DNA of 64,000 nucleotides from Mobula hypostoma. Its lineage: Eukaryota. Under the pieces are notes generated by a model. The model saw only the letters and a list, made by a program, of their open reading frames with translations, had not been told where the DNA came from and ran no database searches. The translations under genes and the position numbers were made by a program. The DNA lies in the NCBI RefSeq assembly GCF_963921235.1, contig NC_086108.1, positions 82,276,001 through 82,340,000 of the forward strand. The letters are read 5' to 3'. Below are positions 37,115-49,989 of this stretch, piece after piece; the stretch's first letter is position 1; each line of letters starts with the position of its first letter.

Positions 37115-38290
37115 GTGAGAATCAGGTGTATTATCACTGTCTTATATGACATGAAAGCTGTTGTTCTGCAGCAGCAGCAAGTGCAAAGACAGAAAACCAT
37201 TATAAATTACAAAACGAATAGTGCAAAAAAAAGGGAAAAAGGGAATAAAAAAAAGGGAATATTCATTGAATATTCAGAAGTCTAATGGCAAAGGAGAAAC
37301 AGATGTTTCTGAATTGTTAAGTGTAGGTCTTCAGGCTCCTGTACCTCCCAGATGGTAGTACTGAGAAGAGGGCATGTCCCAAATGGCGATGGTCCTTAAT
37401 CTTCTGGAGGCACTGCCTCTTTAAGATATACTCGTTGGTGAGGAGGGTTGTGTTTTGATGGTACTGGCTGGGCCTGAGACCCTGTGCAGCTTCTTGCAAT
37501 CCTATGCATTGCACCCTCCATATGAGGCTGTGATGCAACCAGTGAGAATGTTCTCTTGTTCAAGATTATTGTCATCTGAATGTACATATATATAACGAAA
37601 CGAAACTATGTTCTTCTGGACCACAGTGCGTGTACAATACATATCACACAGCACATAAACCAAAATATTACCCAAAATAAGTTAATAAAATATAATTCAA
37701 AATGCATGTAGTGTGCAGCTCAGGGAAACGGTAAGCAGTACAGTAAACAGCTCACTGCCCTAGTGACGAGACCTCAGTGTTGGAGGAGTTTTCATTAGTC
37801 TCAGTGCCTGAGGGAAGAAGCTGTATCCAGACTGGCAGTCGAGGTCCTTATGCTTATGTACTTCCTTCCTGATGGTAGTGGGTTAAAGAGGTTCTTGGAT
37901 GGGTGGCAAGGATCCTCAACAATGCCCTTCGTCTATAACACTCCCGGTAGATGTCAGGAATAGGGGGAAAGGGAGATATCGGTGATCCTCTTAGCGCTTT
38001 TTCCTATCTTCTGTAAGATCTTGCAGTCCCGTGCCTTGCAGCTTCTGTATCACACAATGACGCAGCCAGACAAGACACTCTCGATGGTGCTCCTGTAGAA
38101 AGCTTATACAAGAAGGGAACTACATTTGCTGCCTTCCAGTCATCTGATACCTCATTTGTGTTTAATGACGATTTAAATATCTCAACCAAAGCCCAAATAA
38201 TCTGTTACTTATCCTCCAGAGACATCCTGAAACAAATTGCGTCGGTCCTGGGGATTTATCCAAATTCAAGCCAATTAAGGCATTAAATAA
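37115..38290 (-). mobile_element. Rex1/Babar 3' fragments followed by a CR1 RT fragment
   Basis: HALFSVLPSGRYRSLK; second tail from about 37560; VEIFKSSL...DWKAANVVP at 38110-38190. Confidence 0.7.
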
Positions 38291-38412
38291 CTTCTCTGTA
38301 TTTATAGGAAAATACCAATTAATATCATTGTAAATTTGAAAAAGGTGTTACATTACTGCAATTTTATACATCTTCTAACATTGGATTTTTTTTTATTTCT
38401 TTGTCTTCAAAG

Positions 38413-38541
38413 AACATTGAACCCTTCCTAAGGATTAAAAACTACGTGAAAGTGGCGACATTTTTTCATACTCATGTACCCGAAGGTCGAGTAGGAAGCC
38501 ATATTCATGTATTTGAAAGGAAAAACATGGATAATAGGTGA
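38413..38541 (+). CDS. PIGB: PIGB last coding exon (12)
   Basis: Pyrimidine tract and caaag acceptor; NIEPFLRIKNYVKVATFFHTHVPEGRVGSHIHVFERKNMDNR* matches the PIGB C-terminal FFHTH-PEGR-GSHI motif; TGA followed by TAA. Confidence 0.94.
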   Translation, partial: NIEPFLRIKNYVKVATFFHTHVPEGRVGSHIHVFERKNMDNR

Positions 38542-40219
38542 TAAGACTATTCAGATGTGTATGTGAATGTATTTACTGTTGTTTGTTTTTATAAAACAGT
38601 TTCTCTTCTTCAAACTTGTCTTTATTTTTGGGTATTCTAAGTTGATGTCTAGGGCATGTATTTACTCAAAGACAGATAATACTTAGAAAACACCCTGCTA
38701 ATAGCATATGATGTGTTAACACAACTCATTGGGATCAGTAGTTAGCATGAATCTTGGGAAATGTAGCTTGTTAAACCATCAAGATATTTATTAGAATATT
38801 ACCCTATTGCACTGGTAGGCAAGATGAGGATTGAGCTTATAAATGTTTCACTAAAATACAAAATGAAAATACTTTTTTGACAAGTTAAAATGAGACCTGA
38901 TATGCCAGAATTAATGTCATATTATTGTTGTTCCACAATTTCATGATTGTAGGTAATTATTCTTCTGCTGAATCTGTTCAGCAGATTAGTCAATTGAATG
39001 GAATGAGTTTTTTCTTGGAATTTAGGGTGTGAGAAGACAACCTTAGAGATTCTTTTTGATATTATCAAACTTCAGTAATAATCTTTGTCCAATGATTTCT
39101 TTATTGTACTTTTATGTGCAAGTTACATTTAGAACTGCATAGTTTGTCATTAAAGTCAAATTGTATGGATGGATGGATGTGTCTATTGCAGTGTTAATTG
39201 GTTGTAGATTTGAACTTGAGGAATATGAGAGTTAAAACAGCTTGCTCAGCTAAAGTTGTTATTGTGCAAGGTAATATATTAGAGTACAAGATCTTAGTGG
39301 AATGAATTTTGCCTGCATCAGCTTGATGTTCTGCAGGCTAATAATACGGTGCCAGGGAATGAAAGAACAATCTGACCTTGTAGAGACATTATTATGAAAG
39401 CTCAACAGTTATTGTTTATAACCAATATACAAGCTGTAATCGATTCAGTGGACTGGTTTTGTGATTATACTAAGTCGTCAACTGTAACATAGAAATTTAA
39501 TAACTCAGAAGGAGCCCATTCACCCCAGTGTGAACAGTTGGTTTAATGCCATCTCCAGCATAAGTAGTGTAACTGTCAGGTTACAGATCCTTTAAGAAAA
39601 TCAGCTGTATCAAACATTGATTGTGTAATATCCTAATTATTTGCTTAAATTAATGCAAAAAAAAAAGCTACATAATATTCTGCAAATGCCAGAAATCCAG
39701 AGTAACACACACAATGCTGGAGGAACTCAGCAAGTCAAATAGCATCTATGGAGGGGAATAAATAGTCGAGGTTTTGGTCTGAGAGCCTTGATCTGAAAAA
39801 ATGCAAAGAAAATTCATTTGAAAAAGTAATCTAGGAATTAGAATATGATTAAATAATTTTATTAATACATTATAAATGTGTATTTATGAAATCTTTGTCT
39901 CAGAATGCCCGAAGTGTTTAATTGCCAAATGTTGAAAACCAGACTCAGCATTTATGGGCCTATAAAATTTAAAACTATAATAGAGATCAATTTCCAAGAG
40001 TGGTGAAAATGGGTAAAGTTAATTTTGCATTAATACAACTTGCACTGAAGAGGAGGAGGAGGAGGGGAAGATTTACACAGATGTTCTCAGGGTTGGCTAG
40101 AAAGAAGGGTTACATAACCTATGGCTGATTATTATTTTTTTTATATAAAAGAAGCAGCTGAAGGAGTCAAAAATCAGTCACACAGCAGTGATGGAGGCTA
40201 TTTTTGACAATGCCCATAA

Positions 40220-41300
40220 TCATCAGTAATCTGTTCACCAAAGCCCGGTTTTAACTTTCTTGGACCGGTAGGCTTCTGGTTTCATTCAGCCCTTGGTCCA
40301 AATATGGATCAAAGACATGAATTCTACAGGTAAGTTATGGGTACAATAACTTATGGGTACAATAGCCCTTCAGCTACCTGACTATTGTATCTTGGTGCCC
40401 TGGTAAAACACAAATCAATGGACACCCAAGGAAATACACTCCAATCATGGGGCCTGTACCTTGCTCATAGGAAGATAGTTGCAATAACTAGAGTTCAATC
40501 ATCTGAGCCCTTGGAAAATCACAGTAGTAGTTCCTTAGGGTAATATCCTGGGCCCAACTATCTTCATCTGCTTCATTAAAAACCTTCCTCCCATCCCATT
40601 TGCTGCTACAGTACCTAGAAGAGTTCCTCTTTGTCACCTGATTATTTTCTGTCAGTCACCTTATTTTCAGGTACTCCTGCATCACATTATGTACATACAC
40701 TGTATATAGGCTAATTTGATGTATATATAGATACTCAACAGTAACTTGTAATTGTTTTATAGGATTCCTTTTATGTTGCTATTTATTGTTTTTATGCTAA
40801 TTCAGATCCAGATTAACAATTATTGTTATCCTTTACACGTGTACTGAAGAATAACAATAAGCTAGTAAATCTTGAATCTCAACAAATGATGCAATCCATG
40901 GCTGCATGAAGCAAGAGCTAGACAATGTTCAGATACAGACAGTTAAGTGGCAGGTAACAACTATAATCATAAAACTGACAGGCAATAGCTTGCTTCGCTA
41001 TAAGACAGGCTAAATACCCGTCCTTGACATTCAATATTAGGACCACGGCTAAATCCTCTACTCTTTACATCCAGAAGGTGGCATCCTGTAGATACCAAGG
41101 CTCCAAAGCCTTTATACCATCTGCAAGGAGCAAGTCTGGAATGTGGTAGATTACTCTGCACTTGCCTGGATGTATGGAGTGCCAACAACTATCAAGGTAC
41201 TACCACTGAGGACTAGGCAGTCCACTTGATTGGCTGTCAATCAACCCCCTAAATTTCATTTCTACTACTGATGAATTTGCAATTGCACTCTGTACCATCT
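40220..41300 (+). mobile_element. Highly decayed CR1-group LINE
   Basis: gttccttagggtaatatcctgggcccaactatcttc resembles VPQGSVLGP-IF; downstream IYKAQV-S-EY-like remnant. Confidence 0.55.
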
Positions 41301-41792
41301 TACAAAATATACTGAAAAAATAGCTGGTGTTACTTATTACCTTAGGGCAACGGTGTTTTAGTTGCGTCAAAAATCAATCTTACAAAAAAAGTGAAAAGAA
41401 AAAATTTGAATATTTATAAAACGATTGACAAGCAAGGACAATAATAGCTCCATACTTATTCTTGTCCAATATGAACTCCTCCCTTACTGAGGGGGGAGGA
41501 GCTCCTTTTTCAGGCACCTTTAATCACCAACAAAGTTAACATGAATTAGAATATGATGCACCCCACAATGTAGTTACAATTAATTACAATATAAACCAGA
41601 AGTATCTACCTCAAAAAAAAGGATACAAACACCATATACACATCCCTATTACTAAAGAACTTGAATATTCCTCTGTGTATGGCAGAAAGGTATCATAAAG
41701 CCGACTTAAGCATATTAACTTGATTTAGAATTAAACTGAACTTTGGTGTCTGACTCTGAATGTATGTAGCAATGTGGAGGGAAAACAGTAGG

Positions 41793-43321
41793 TAGTGCCT
41801 ACAAACAGTATTCACCCCCACCCCCAGAAGTTTACATTTATTGTTGTACAACATTGAATAACAGTGGATTTAATTTGGCTTTTGATGCTGAGCAACAAAA
41901 AAAAAATTTCATGTCAAAGTGAAAGCAAATTTCTACAAGTTGGTCTACATTTATTACAATTATTAAACAATAATTGCATAATTATACTCACTCTCTTCAA
42001 GTCAGTATTTAGTAGATGCACCTTTGGTAGCAATTACAGCCTTGAGTCTGTATGGAGAGACATCTGGACACTGCAATTTTTCCCCATTCTTTACAAAACT
42101 ACTCAAGCTCTGTCAAGATTGCATGGGGATTGTGAGTGAACAGCTCCTTTCAAGTCCAGCCACAAGTTCTCAATTGGATTGAGGTCAGGACATTAACTTT
42201 GTTGTTTTATGCTTGCAGTCATTGTCTTGCTGGAAAATAAATGTTCTCCCAAGTCACAGTTCTCTTGCAGACTGCAGCAGGTTTCCTGCAGGATTTGCCT
42301 GTATTTTGCTACATTCCTTTTACAAGTCTTCCACGGTCTGCTGCAGTGAGGGATCCCTACAGCATGAAGCACCCGCCACACAGTAGAGATGGTGTGTTTT
42401 TGATGATGTGCAGTGTTTGCCTTATGCCAAACATAGTGTTTACTCAGATAGCCAAAAAGCTGAATTTTGGTTTCATCAGACCACAGAGCCTTCTTTCAGC
42501 TGACTTCAGAGTCTCCCATATGCCTTCTGGCAAACTCTAGCAGAGATTCCAGTTGTTTTTTTTTCCCCCAACAATGTCCTTCTCTTTGCCACTCTCCCAT
42601 AAAGCTGCGGCTGGCAAAGCACCTGAGCAACAGTTGTTGTATGCGCAGTCTCTCCCATCCCAGCCACAGAAGCTTGTAACTCCCCTAAAAGTTGCCATAG
42701 GTCTCTTGGTGGCCTTGCTCATTAGTTTCCTTCATACCCAGTCACTCAGTTTTTGAGGACAGCCTGCTCTAGGCCAATCTACAACTGTGCCATATAGTTT
42801 CCATTTCCTGATGGAGCTTAACCATACACCAAGGGATATCCAGTGACTTGGAAATGTTATTGTTTCCATCTCCTGACTTGTACATTTCAATAACCTTTTT
42901 GTGGAGTTGCCTGGAGTGTTTTCTTGTCTTCATAGTGTCCAGGATACTGACTCACCAGGAGTTGGACCTTCCAGATGCAGGTGTATTTTTACCACAATCA
43001 ATTGAAACACCTTGATGGTACACGGGTGATCTCCATTCAACTAATTATGTGACTTCCAAAATCAATTGGCTGCACCAGTGATGATTTGGTGTGTCATATT
43101 AAAGGGGGTGAATACTTATGCAATCAATTATTTGTGCTTTATATTTGTAATTTAAATTTAGATAACTTTGTAAAGATCTGTCTTCACTTTGACATGAAAG
43201 AGTCTTTTTCTGTTGATCAGTGTCAAAAAAGCCAAATTAAATCCACTGTGATTCAATGTTGTAAAACAATAAAACATGAAAATTTTTTTGGGGGGGTGGC
43301 AAATACTTTTTATAGGCACTG
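41793..43321 (-). mobile_element. Tc1-like DNA transposon, decayed
   Basis: Long TIRs agtgcctacaaacagtatt / aatactttttataggcactg|TA with matching internal aaagtgaa motifs; minus-strand SDETK and FQQDND transposase remnants. Confidence 0.88.
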
Positions 43322-43789
43322 TATACCGGGGAAGGCATTGGAAGTGCGTAAACTCACCACAATGACAGCAGAATGACAAGGCAGCGTTTGTGAGTGTGTT
43401 TACCAAGTGCTCTCTGTCACAGTGAGGCAAAATGTTTTCCTTGTATAAAGAATATTAGGTGCCAGAGGAAGGAGTAAAAGCAGATATGATAACAACATTT
43501 GAGAAGCATGTGGACAAATAAATGAACAAGAAGAGATATAGACCATGTGCAGACACAGTGGGCCAATGAACCTGTGCCTGTGTTGTAGTGTTCAAGGCCC
43601 GTGATACTCACACAGCACTTCCACATGACTTCTATTAACAAGAATAACAAAGTTCAAACTAAATGGCACATTATATTGACATGGAATGATATCACAGCTA
43701 GATTTAAATTATGGAATGTCCCTTCAAGTAGCATTGTGCAAGTACCTTCACCAGAAAGTCTACAGTGTTCAAGAAGGCAGCTCAACACA

Positions 43790-46700
43790 ACCTAGTCTCC
43801 CTGGGCACTACATCTGTGAGAAGTGCATCCAGCTGCAGCTTCTTGAAGACCGTGTTAGGATATCTGGAGCAGCAACTGGATGACCTTCGGCTTGTACGGG
43901 AGAGTGAGGATATGATTGATCAAAGTTACAGGGAAGTAGTCATCCCGAAGTTGCAGGAGGCGAGTGGCTGAGTGACTGTCAGGAGAAATTGAAATAAGGC
44001 AGTTAGGGCAGAGCACGCCTGTGGCCATTCCCCTCAAAAACAAGTATACCGCTTTGGGTACTTTTGTGGGGATGACCTCCCGGGACAATGCCATGGTGAT
44101 GGGGTTAAAGGCATTGAGCATGGGTCCGTGGTGCAGAAGGGAAAGAGAGGGAAGAAGGGAGTGGTAGTGATAGGGGACTCGATAGTGAGGGGAACGGACA
44201 GGAGATTCTGTGGATGTGAATAGGACACTCGGATGGCATGTTGCCTCCCAGGTGCCAGGGTCAGGGATGTCTCAGATCGTGTCCACAACATTTTGGAGAG
44301 GGAGGGGAAGCAGCCAGATGTCTTGGTATGTCTTGGTACCAATGACATAGGAAGGAAAAGCAATGAGGTCCTGAAAAGAGAATTTAGGGAGCTAGGTAGA
44401 AAGCTGAGAAGCAAGACCTCCTGGGTAGTAATTTCTGGATTGCTGCCAGCGCCAGTGAGGGTAGAAACAGGATGATCTGGCCGATAATGTGTGGCTGAGA
44501 AGCTGGTGCACGGGGCAGGGCTTCAAGTTCTTGGATAACTGGGATCTCTTCTGGGGGAGGTATGACCTGTTCAAAAGTGATGGATTGCACCTGAACCCGA
44601 GGGGGACCAATATTCTTGTGGGCAGGTTTGTTACAGCTGTTGAGGAGGGTTTAAACTAACTTGGCAGGGGGATGGGAACCAGAGTGAAGGAACCCAGGAT
44701 AGGATGGAAAAAAGTAAAGATAGCATGCAATCAAATTGTCAGGAAGGGCAGGCAGGTGATAGGATTTAGTTGCAGCCAATAGGCTGAGTATCAAATCACT
44801 AAGGGTGCAGAATCAGAAAGGATAGCAAATACGGCACTCAAGATGTTGTATCTAAATGCGCGTAGTATAAGAAATAAGGTGAAAGATCTTGTTGCAATAT
44901 TACAGATTGCTAGGTATGATGTGGCCATCACTGAATTGTGGCTGAAGGAAGGTTGTAGTTGGGAGCTGAATATCCAAGGTTACACCTTATATCAGAGGGA
45001 TGAGAAGGTAGGCAGAGGGGGGTGGTGTGGCTCTACTGGTAAAGAATGGCATCAAATCAGTAGAACGATGTGACATGGGATCGGAAGATGTTGAATCCTT
45101 ATGGGTTGAGTTAAGAAACTGCAAGGGTAAAAGGACATTGAGGGCAGTTATATACAGACCTTCCAACAGTGGCTGGGAGGTGGGCCACGGGTTAAAATGG
45201 CAAATGTTTCTGGGGAAAATGAGGAAGATGAGGGCATGTGTATTCCAAAAATGAAGAAATACACAAATGGTAAAATAGTACAACTGTGGCTGACAAGGGA
45301 AGTCAAAGCTATTATAAAAGCAAAAGAAAGGGCATACAACGAAGCAAAAATGACTGGGAAGATAGAGGATTGGGAAGTTTTTTTAAAAAACCTATAGAGA
45401 GCAACTTAAAAAGTCATTAAGAGGGAAAAACTGAAATATGAGAGCAAACTCACAAATAATATCAAAATGGATAATAAAAGTTTTTTCAAGTATGTTAAAA
45501 ATAAAAGAAAAATGAGAGTGGATATAGGTCTGCTGGGAAATGAGGCAGGAGAAATAATAACAGGGGACAAGGAGATGGCTGATAAACCAAATGAGTATTT
45601 CACTTCAGTCTTCATTGTGGAAAACACTAGCAGAATGCCTGATGTTGTAGTATGTGAAGGAAGAGAACTGGGTGCAGTTACTGTTTCAAGAGAGAAGGTG
45701 CTCAAAAAGCTGAAGGACCTAAAGGTACATAAGTCACCTGGACCAAAGGAACTGTACCCTGGGGTTCTGAAAGAGGTAGTGTTAGAGATTGTGGTAGCAT
45801 TAGAAATGACCTTTCAAAAATCTTTGGACTCCGGCATGGTGCCAGAGGATTGGAAAATTGCAAATGTTACTCCTCTCTTTAAGAAAGGAGGAAGGCAGCA
45901 GAAAGGAAATTATAGACCAGTTAGTCTGACCTCAGTGGTTGGGAAGATGTTAGAGTCAATTGTTAAGGATGAGGTGATGGAGTACTTGGTGACACAGGAC
46001 AATATAGTACAAAGTCAGCATGGTTTCCTTTAGGGAAAATCCTGCCTGATGAACCTGTTGGAATTCTTTGAGGAGATTACAAGTAGGATAGATAAAGGGG
46101 ATGCAGTGGATGTTGTATATTTGGACTTTCAGACAGCCTTTGACAAGGTGCCACACATGAGGCTGCTTACCAAGTTAAGATCCCATGGAATTACAGGAAA
46201 GTTACTAACATGGTTAGAGCTTTGGCTGATTGGTAGGAGGCAGCGAGTGGGAATAAAAGGATCCTTTTCTGGTTGGCTGTCAGTGACTAGTGGTGTTCCG
46301 CAGGGGTCGGTGTTGGGACCACTTCTTTTTATGCTGTATATAAATGATTTAGATGATGGAATAGATGGCTTTGTTGCCAAGTTTGCAGACAATATGAAGA
46401 TTGGTGGAGGGGCAGGTAGTGTTGAGGAAGCAGGTAAGATGCAGAAGGGCTTAGACAGATTAGGAGAATGGGCAAGAAAGTGGCAAATGAAATAGATTGT
46501 TGGAAAATGCATGGTCATGCACTTTGGTAGTAGAGTAAGTGTGTGGACTATTTTCTAAATGGGGAGAAAATCCAGGAATCTGAGATGCAGAGGGACTTGG
46601 GAGTCCTTGTGCAGAACACCCTGAAGGTTAACTTGCAGGTTGAGTCAGTGGTGAGGAAGGCAAATGCCATGTTAGCATTCACTTCCAGAGGTCCAGAATA

Positions 46701-47310
46701 CAAGAGCAAGGAGGTGATGCTGAGGCTTTATGAGGCACTGGTGAGGTCTCACCTTGAGTATTGTGAGCAGTTTTGGGCCCCTCATCTTAGGAAAGATGTG
46801 CTGGCATTGGAGATGATCCAGAGGATGTTCACGAGGATGATTCCAGGAATGAAAGGGTTATCATATGAGGAATGTTTGATGGCTCTGGGTCTGTACTTGC
46901 TGGAATTCAGAAGGATGAGGGGGTACCTCATTGAAACCTTTCGAATGTTGAAAGGCCTAGACCAAGTAGATATGGAAAAGATGTTTCCTATGGTGGGAGA
47001 GTCTAAGACAAGAGGGCACAACCTCAGGATAGAGGGGCACCTTTTCAATACAGAAATGCAGAGAAATTTCTTCAGCCAAACGGTGGTGAGTTTGTGGAAT
47101 TTGTTGCCACATGCAGCTGTGGAGGCCAGGTCGCTGGGTGTATTTCAGGCAGATGGGTTCTTGATTGGACATGGCATCAAAGGTTACGGGGAGAAGGCTA
47201 GGAACTGGGGTTGAGGAGGAGGTTTTAAAAAAGGATCAGCAATAATTGAGTGGTGGAGCAGAATCGATGGGCCGGGTGGCCTAATTCTGCTGCTAGGTCT
47301 TATGGTCTTA
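43790..47310 (+). mobile_element. CR1 LINE with ORF1 esterase and internally deleted ORF2
   Basis: ICEKCIQLQLL, IGDSIVRG, YLNARS, NYRPVSLTS, GVPQGSVLGP, FADN; tail ggtcttatggtctt. Confidence 0.94.
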
Positions 47311-47394
47311 TATACAAGTATGAACAAGAAACAGTGGTCTTGCTAAAGACATCCAGATCCTGAAAATGAAAGGTACAATAAACAGGAAGGTCTT

Positions 47395-48185
47395 GCCAGA
47401 GGTGTTCAAAAACTTGGGATAGATTAGGAGAATGGGCAATGAAGTAGAAGACGGAATACAGTGTGGGGAAGTGTATGGTCATGCACTATGGTAGAAAGAA
47501 TAAAAGCGTAGATTATTTTCTAAATGAGTTGTGAATTCAGGCAGTTAGGATTACCTGAAGGTTAATTTATAGGATGAGTTAGTAGTAAGGAAGGCTAATG
47601 CAATGTTAGCATTCATTTCCAGAGGAATAGAATATAAAAGTAAGGATGTAATGCTGAGGATTTATAAGGTATTTCATGTATTGTGAGCAGATTGGGGCCC
47701 AAAATTTAAGAATGTGCAGGCATTGAAGATGATCCACAAGTCCAGAAGAGGTTCATGAGAATGATCCCGGGAATGAATGGGTTAATGTAAGGAGCCTGGC
47801 CCTGTACTCGCTGGAGGAGGGATCCCGTTGAAACGTACGTAATATTGAAAGGTCTAGATACAGTGGACGTGCAGACAATATTTGCATAATAGGATAGCCT
47901 AGGACCAGAGGGCACAGGCTCAAAATAGAAGAATGCCCTTTTAGAACAGAGATGAGGATTTTCTTTTGCCAGAGAGTGGTGAATCTGGAACTTATTGCCA
48001 GGGACGGCTGAGAAAGCCAAGTTATTGGGTATGCAGTATTTAAAGCAGAGGTTGATAGTTTCTTGATATGGCGTTAAAGGTTATAGGGAGAAGGCAAGAC
48101 AGTGGGGTTGAGAGAGAAAATAAATCCGTCATGATCTATAATGGCGGATAGACTCGATGGGCCGCATGGCCTAAATCTGCTCCTT
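47395..48185 (+). mobile_element. Older CR1 3' fragment
   Basis: Decayed repeat of the RT C-terminal region and 3' UTR seen immediately upstream. Confidence 0.8.
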
Positions 48186-48489
48186 AAAAACTAGGAGCAT
48201 AGATTTAAATTAATTAGTAGAAGGATTACGTCTTTTAAGAGGTCTCTGGGACTCAGTGTCTTAAAGAGTGACACAAATCATAAACAGAGATTCTGTAGAT
48301 GCCTCCCCTCCCAACTTTCTAATTGAACTCTGGCATCTTCCGCCCCCCGCCTTCCCACTGTTGATGAAGGGTCTCGACTGTTTATTCATTTCCATAGATG
48401 CTGCCCGACCTGCTGAGTTCCTGTTGGTGTTTTGACGTAGACAGAATTCCCTTTTCTGCTTACATACTTGTTTCATTTACAAAATTTAA

Positions 48490-48950
48490 CTCATTCACTG
48501 CGGATTCTGTTCCGTAAAGCACGTTCACGCAGCATTTCCTCATAGTGACAATCCGCTAGAGGTCGTGCCGCCATCCGGGTGTTTAACGTGGGCGGCTCTG
48601 CTGCGGTCTGGGTGCCGGCTCTCTCCCTCTCTCGCTGCTGCTAGTTGGTACCATGGGTGTAGAGGACGAGGAGGTGTCCCATACCGGAGAGCCTGAGGTG
48701 AGTGTAACTGCTTGAGAATGGGGAGGAAAGTGGAGCAAGGAGGGGGGATACGGAGACAGAGGATATAAAGGTGGCGTCTGCTCTAAAAGTAGTTGTGACC
48801 CTAAATTTGGGCCCGGGCCGGGAGCCAAGGGCAAACCAAGGCCGAGGATTCGGCGCCGTGGCGGGGTGAGCCAGAGGACACACTGGTCACGGGCCGGTTG
48901 AGCTGTGAAGTGTGGGGAGCCCTGGGTAAAAAGAAGATGCGAGTGTGACA
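48490..48950 (+). promoter_or_regulatory. UQCRH: CpG-rich promoter / first-exon region of UQCRH
   Basis: Locally high GC and CpG in a CpG-depleted background; YY1-like GCCGCCAT 48567-48574; ETS-like CATCCGGGT 48572-48580; GC box GGGCGG 48590-48595; strong Kozak accATGG. Confidence 0.7.
48653..48697 (+). CDS. UQCRH: UQCRH-like (cytochrome b-c1 subunit 6, hinge) coding exon 1
   Basis: MGVEDEEVSHTGEPE, resembling the acidic UQCRH N-terminus; gtgagt donor; phase 0. Confidence 0.9.
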
Positions 48951-49189
48951 GGGTTTAATCTGACCTGATGCGTATTTCATTTCTGGATCCCACTACTCAC
49001 TTGCAGTGCAACTGTTCCTCCCCACCCCGCGCCATTATGCTGAATGGTCTCCTGTTTCCAGCACTGAACGCTGGAGTTTCTAGCTCCAAAGGGAGTGTAT
49101 TTTTGTGTGTATTTGGTGAGGATGTGTCTTGATGCCACTTTTGGTGTTGCTTTTCAGCAACATTTTCAAATTATGCCTTAATTTTATTT

Positions 49190-49830
49190 GCTGTAGTCTA
49201 CTACTTTAATGTGAGCAAGTCAATATAAGTTAGTGGGTACCATCGTAAAACAATTTTAAAAGATGGATAAATCTGTAACGTTAAGTGAAAGGGATGTGGC
49301 TGATTAAGAATAGGTTAAAAAACTGACGGAATCTTGGGTCTTATGATAGAGGCATGGAATGTAAGAGCAGAGCAATAAAATAAAACTTTATTAAGCACTA
49401 TCTTGGCCCGACTGCAGTCTCTTTTTCTGAGATGTAGCGCTTTTGAAAGGATGTATGGACTTTAGAAGAGACTAAATGAGTGCAAGGTTAAAGGACTTTA
49501 GTTGTGTGAATAGATTAGAGAAGCTACAGTTTCCTTGGAATAAAGGTTCCAACATTTAAAGCCATAAAGGCAATGAGGATACAGTGAAGCTATTCCCAGT
49601 GGAAATATGAAGAACCAGGTGATTTAGAACAATGGTGATTGTTGAAAGAACTAAGTGACATGAGTGGCATTACTTGTGTACAATTGCCACTCTCAGGGGC
49701 AATAGTGAGAGCAGATTGTTATCTCGTACATGGCTATTTGTAGAGGATAGGGTAGTGTGGAGCTCATTGAATTTCTCTTATGTTGACACACTATGGACTT
49801 AGCAGGTCAACCGGCCTCCAGTACTGTAAT
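49190..49830 (+). mobile_element. Very old CR1 3' fragment
   Basis: Remnants resembling LYK-L-RP-L and RLEKL-FSLE. Confidence 0.45.
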
Positions 49831-49989
49831 CATTTTGTGAAGCTGAAACTAGAATATTGTTACCATTTTTCTTAATTGAACTGCTATGCAGATTTGTCAT
49901 TATTCCATCCTATGTGTGGTTACTGTGAGAAGACCTTTACCCTTCAAGAGATTCTGCAGATGCTGGAAATCCAGACCAACACTGTGGTC

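Noticed and set aside
38539..38544. TGA readthrough or selenocysteine at the PIGB stop
   Set aside because: TGA is immediately followed by TAA and no SECIS-like structure was evident.
38542..48490. CCPG1 exons or another gene between PIGB and UQCRH; PIGB polyA site
   Set aside because: No recognisable coding exons on either strand. ATTAAA at 39149-39154 is a possible signal but cannot be distinguished from chance in AT-rich sequence.
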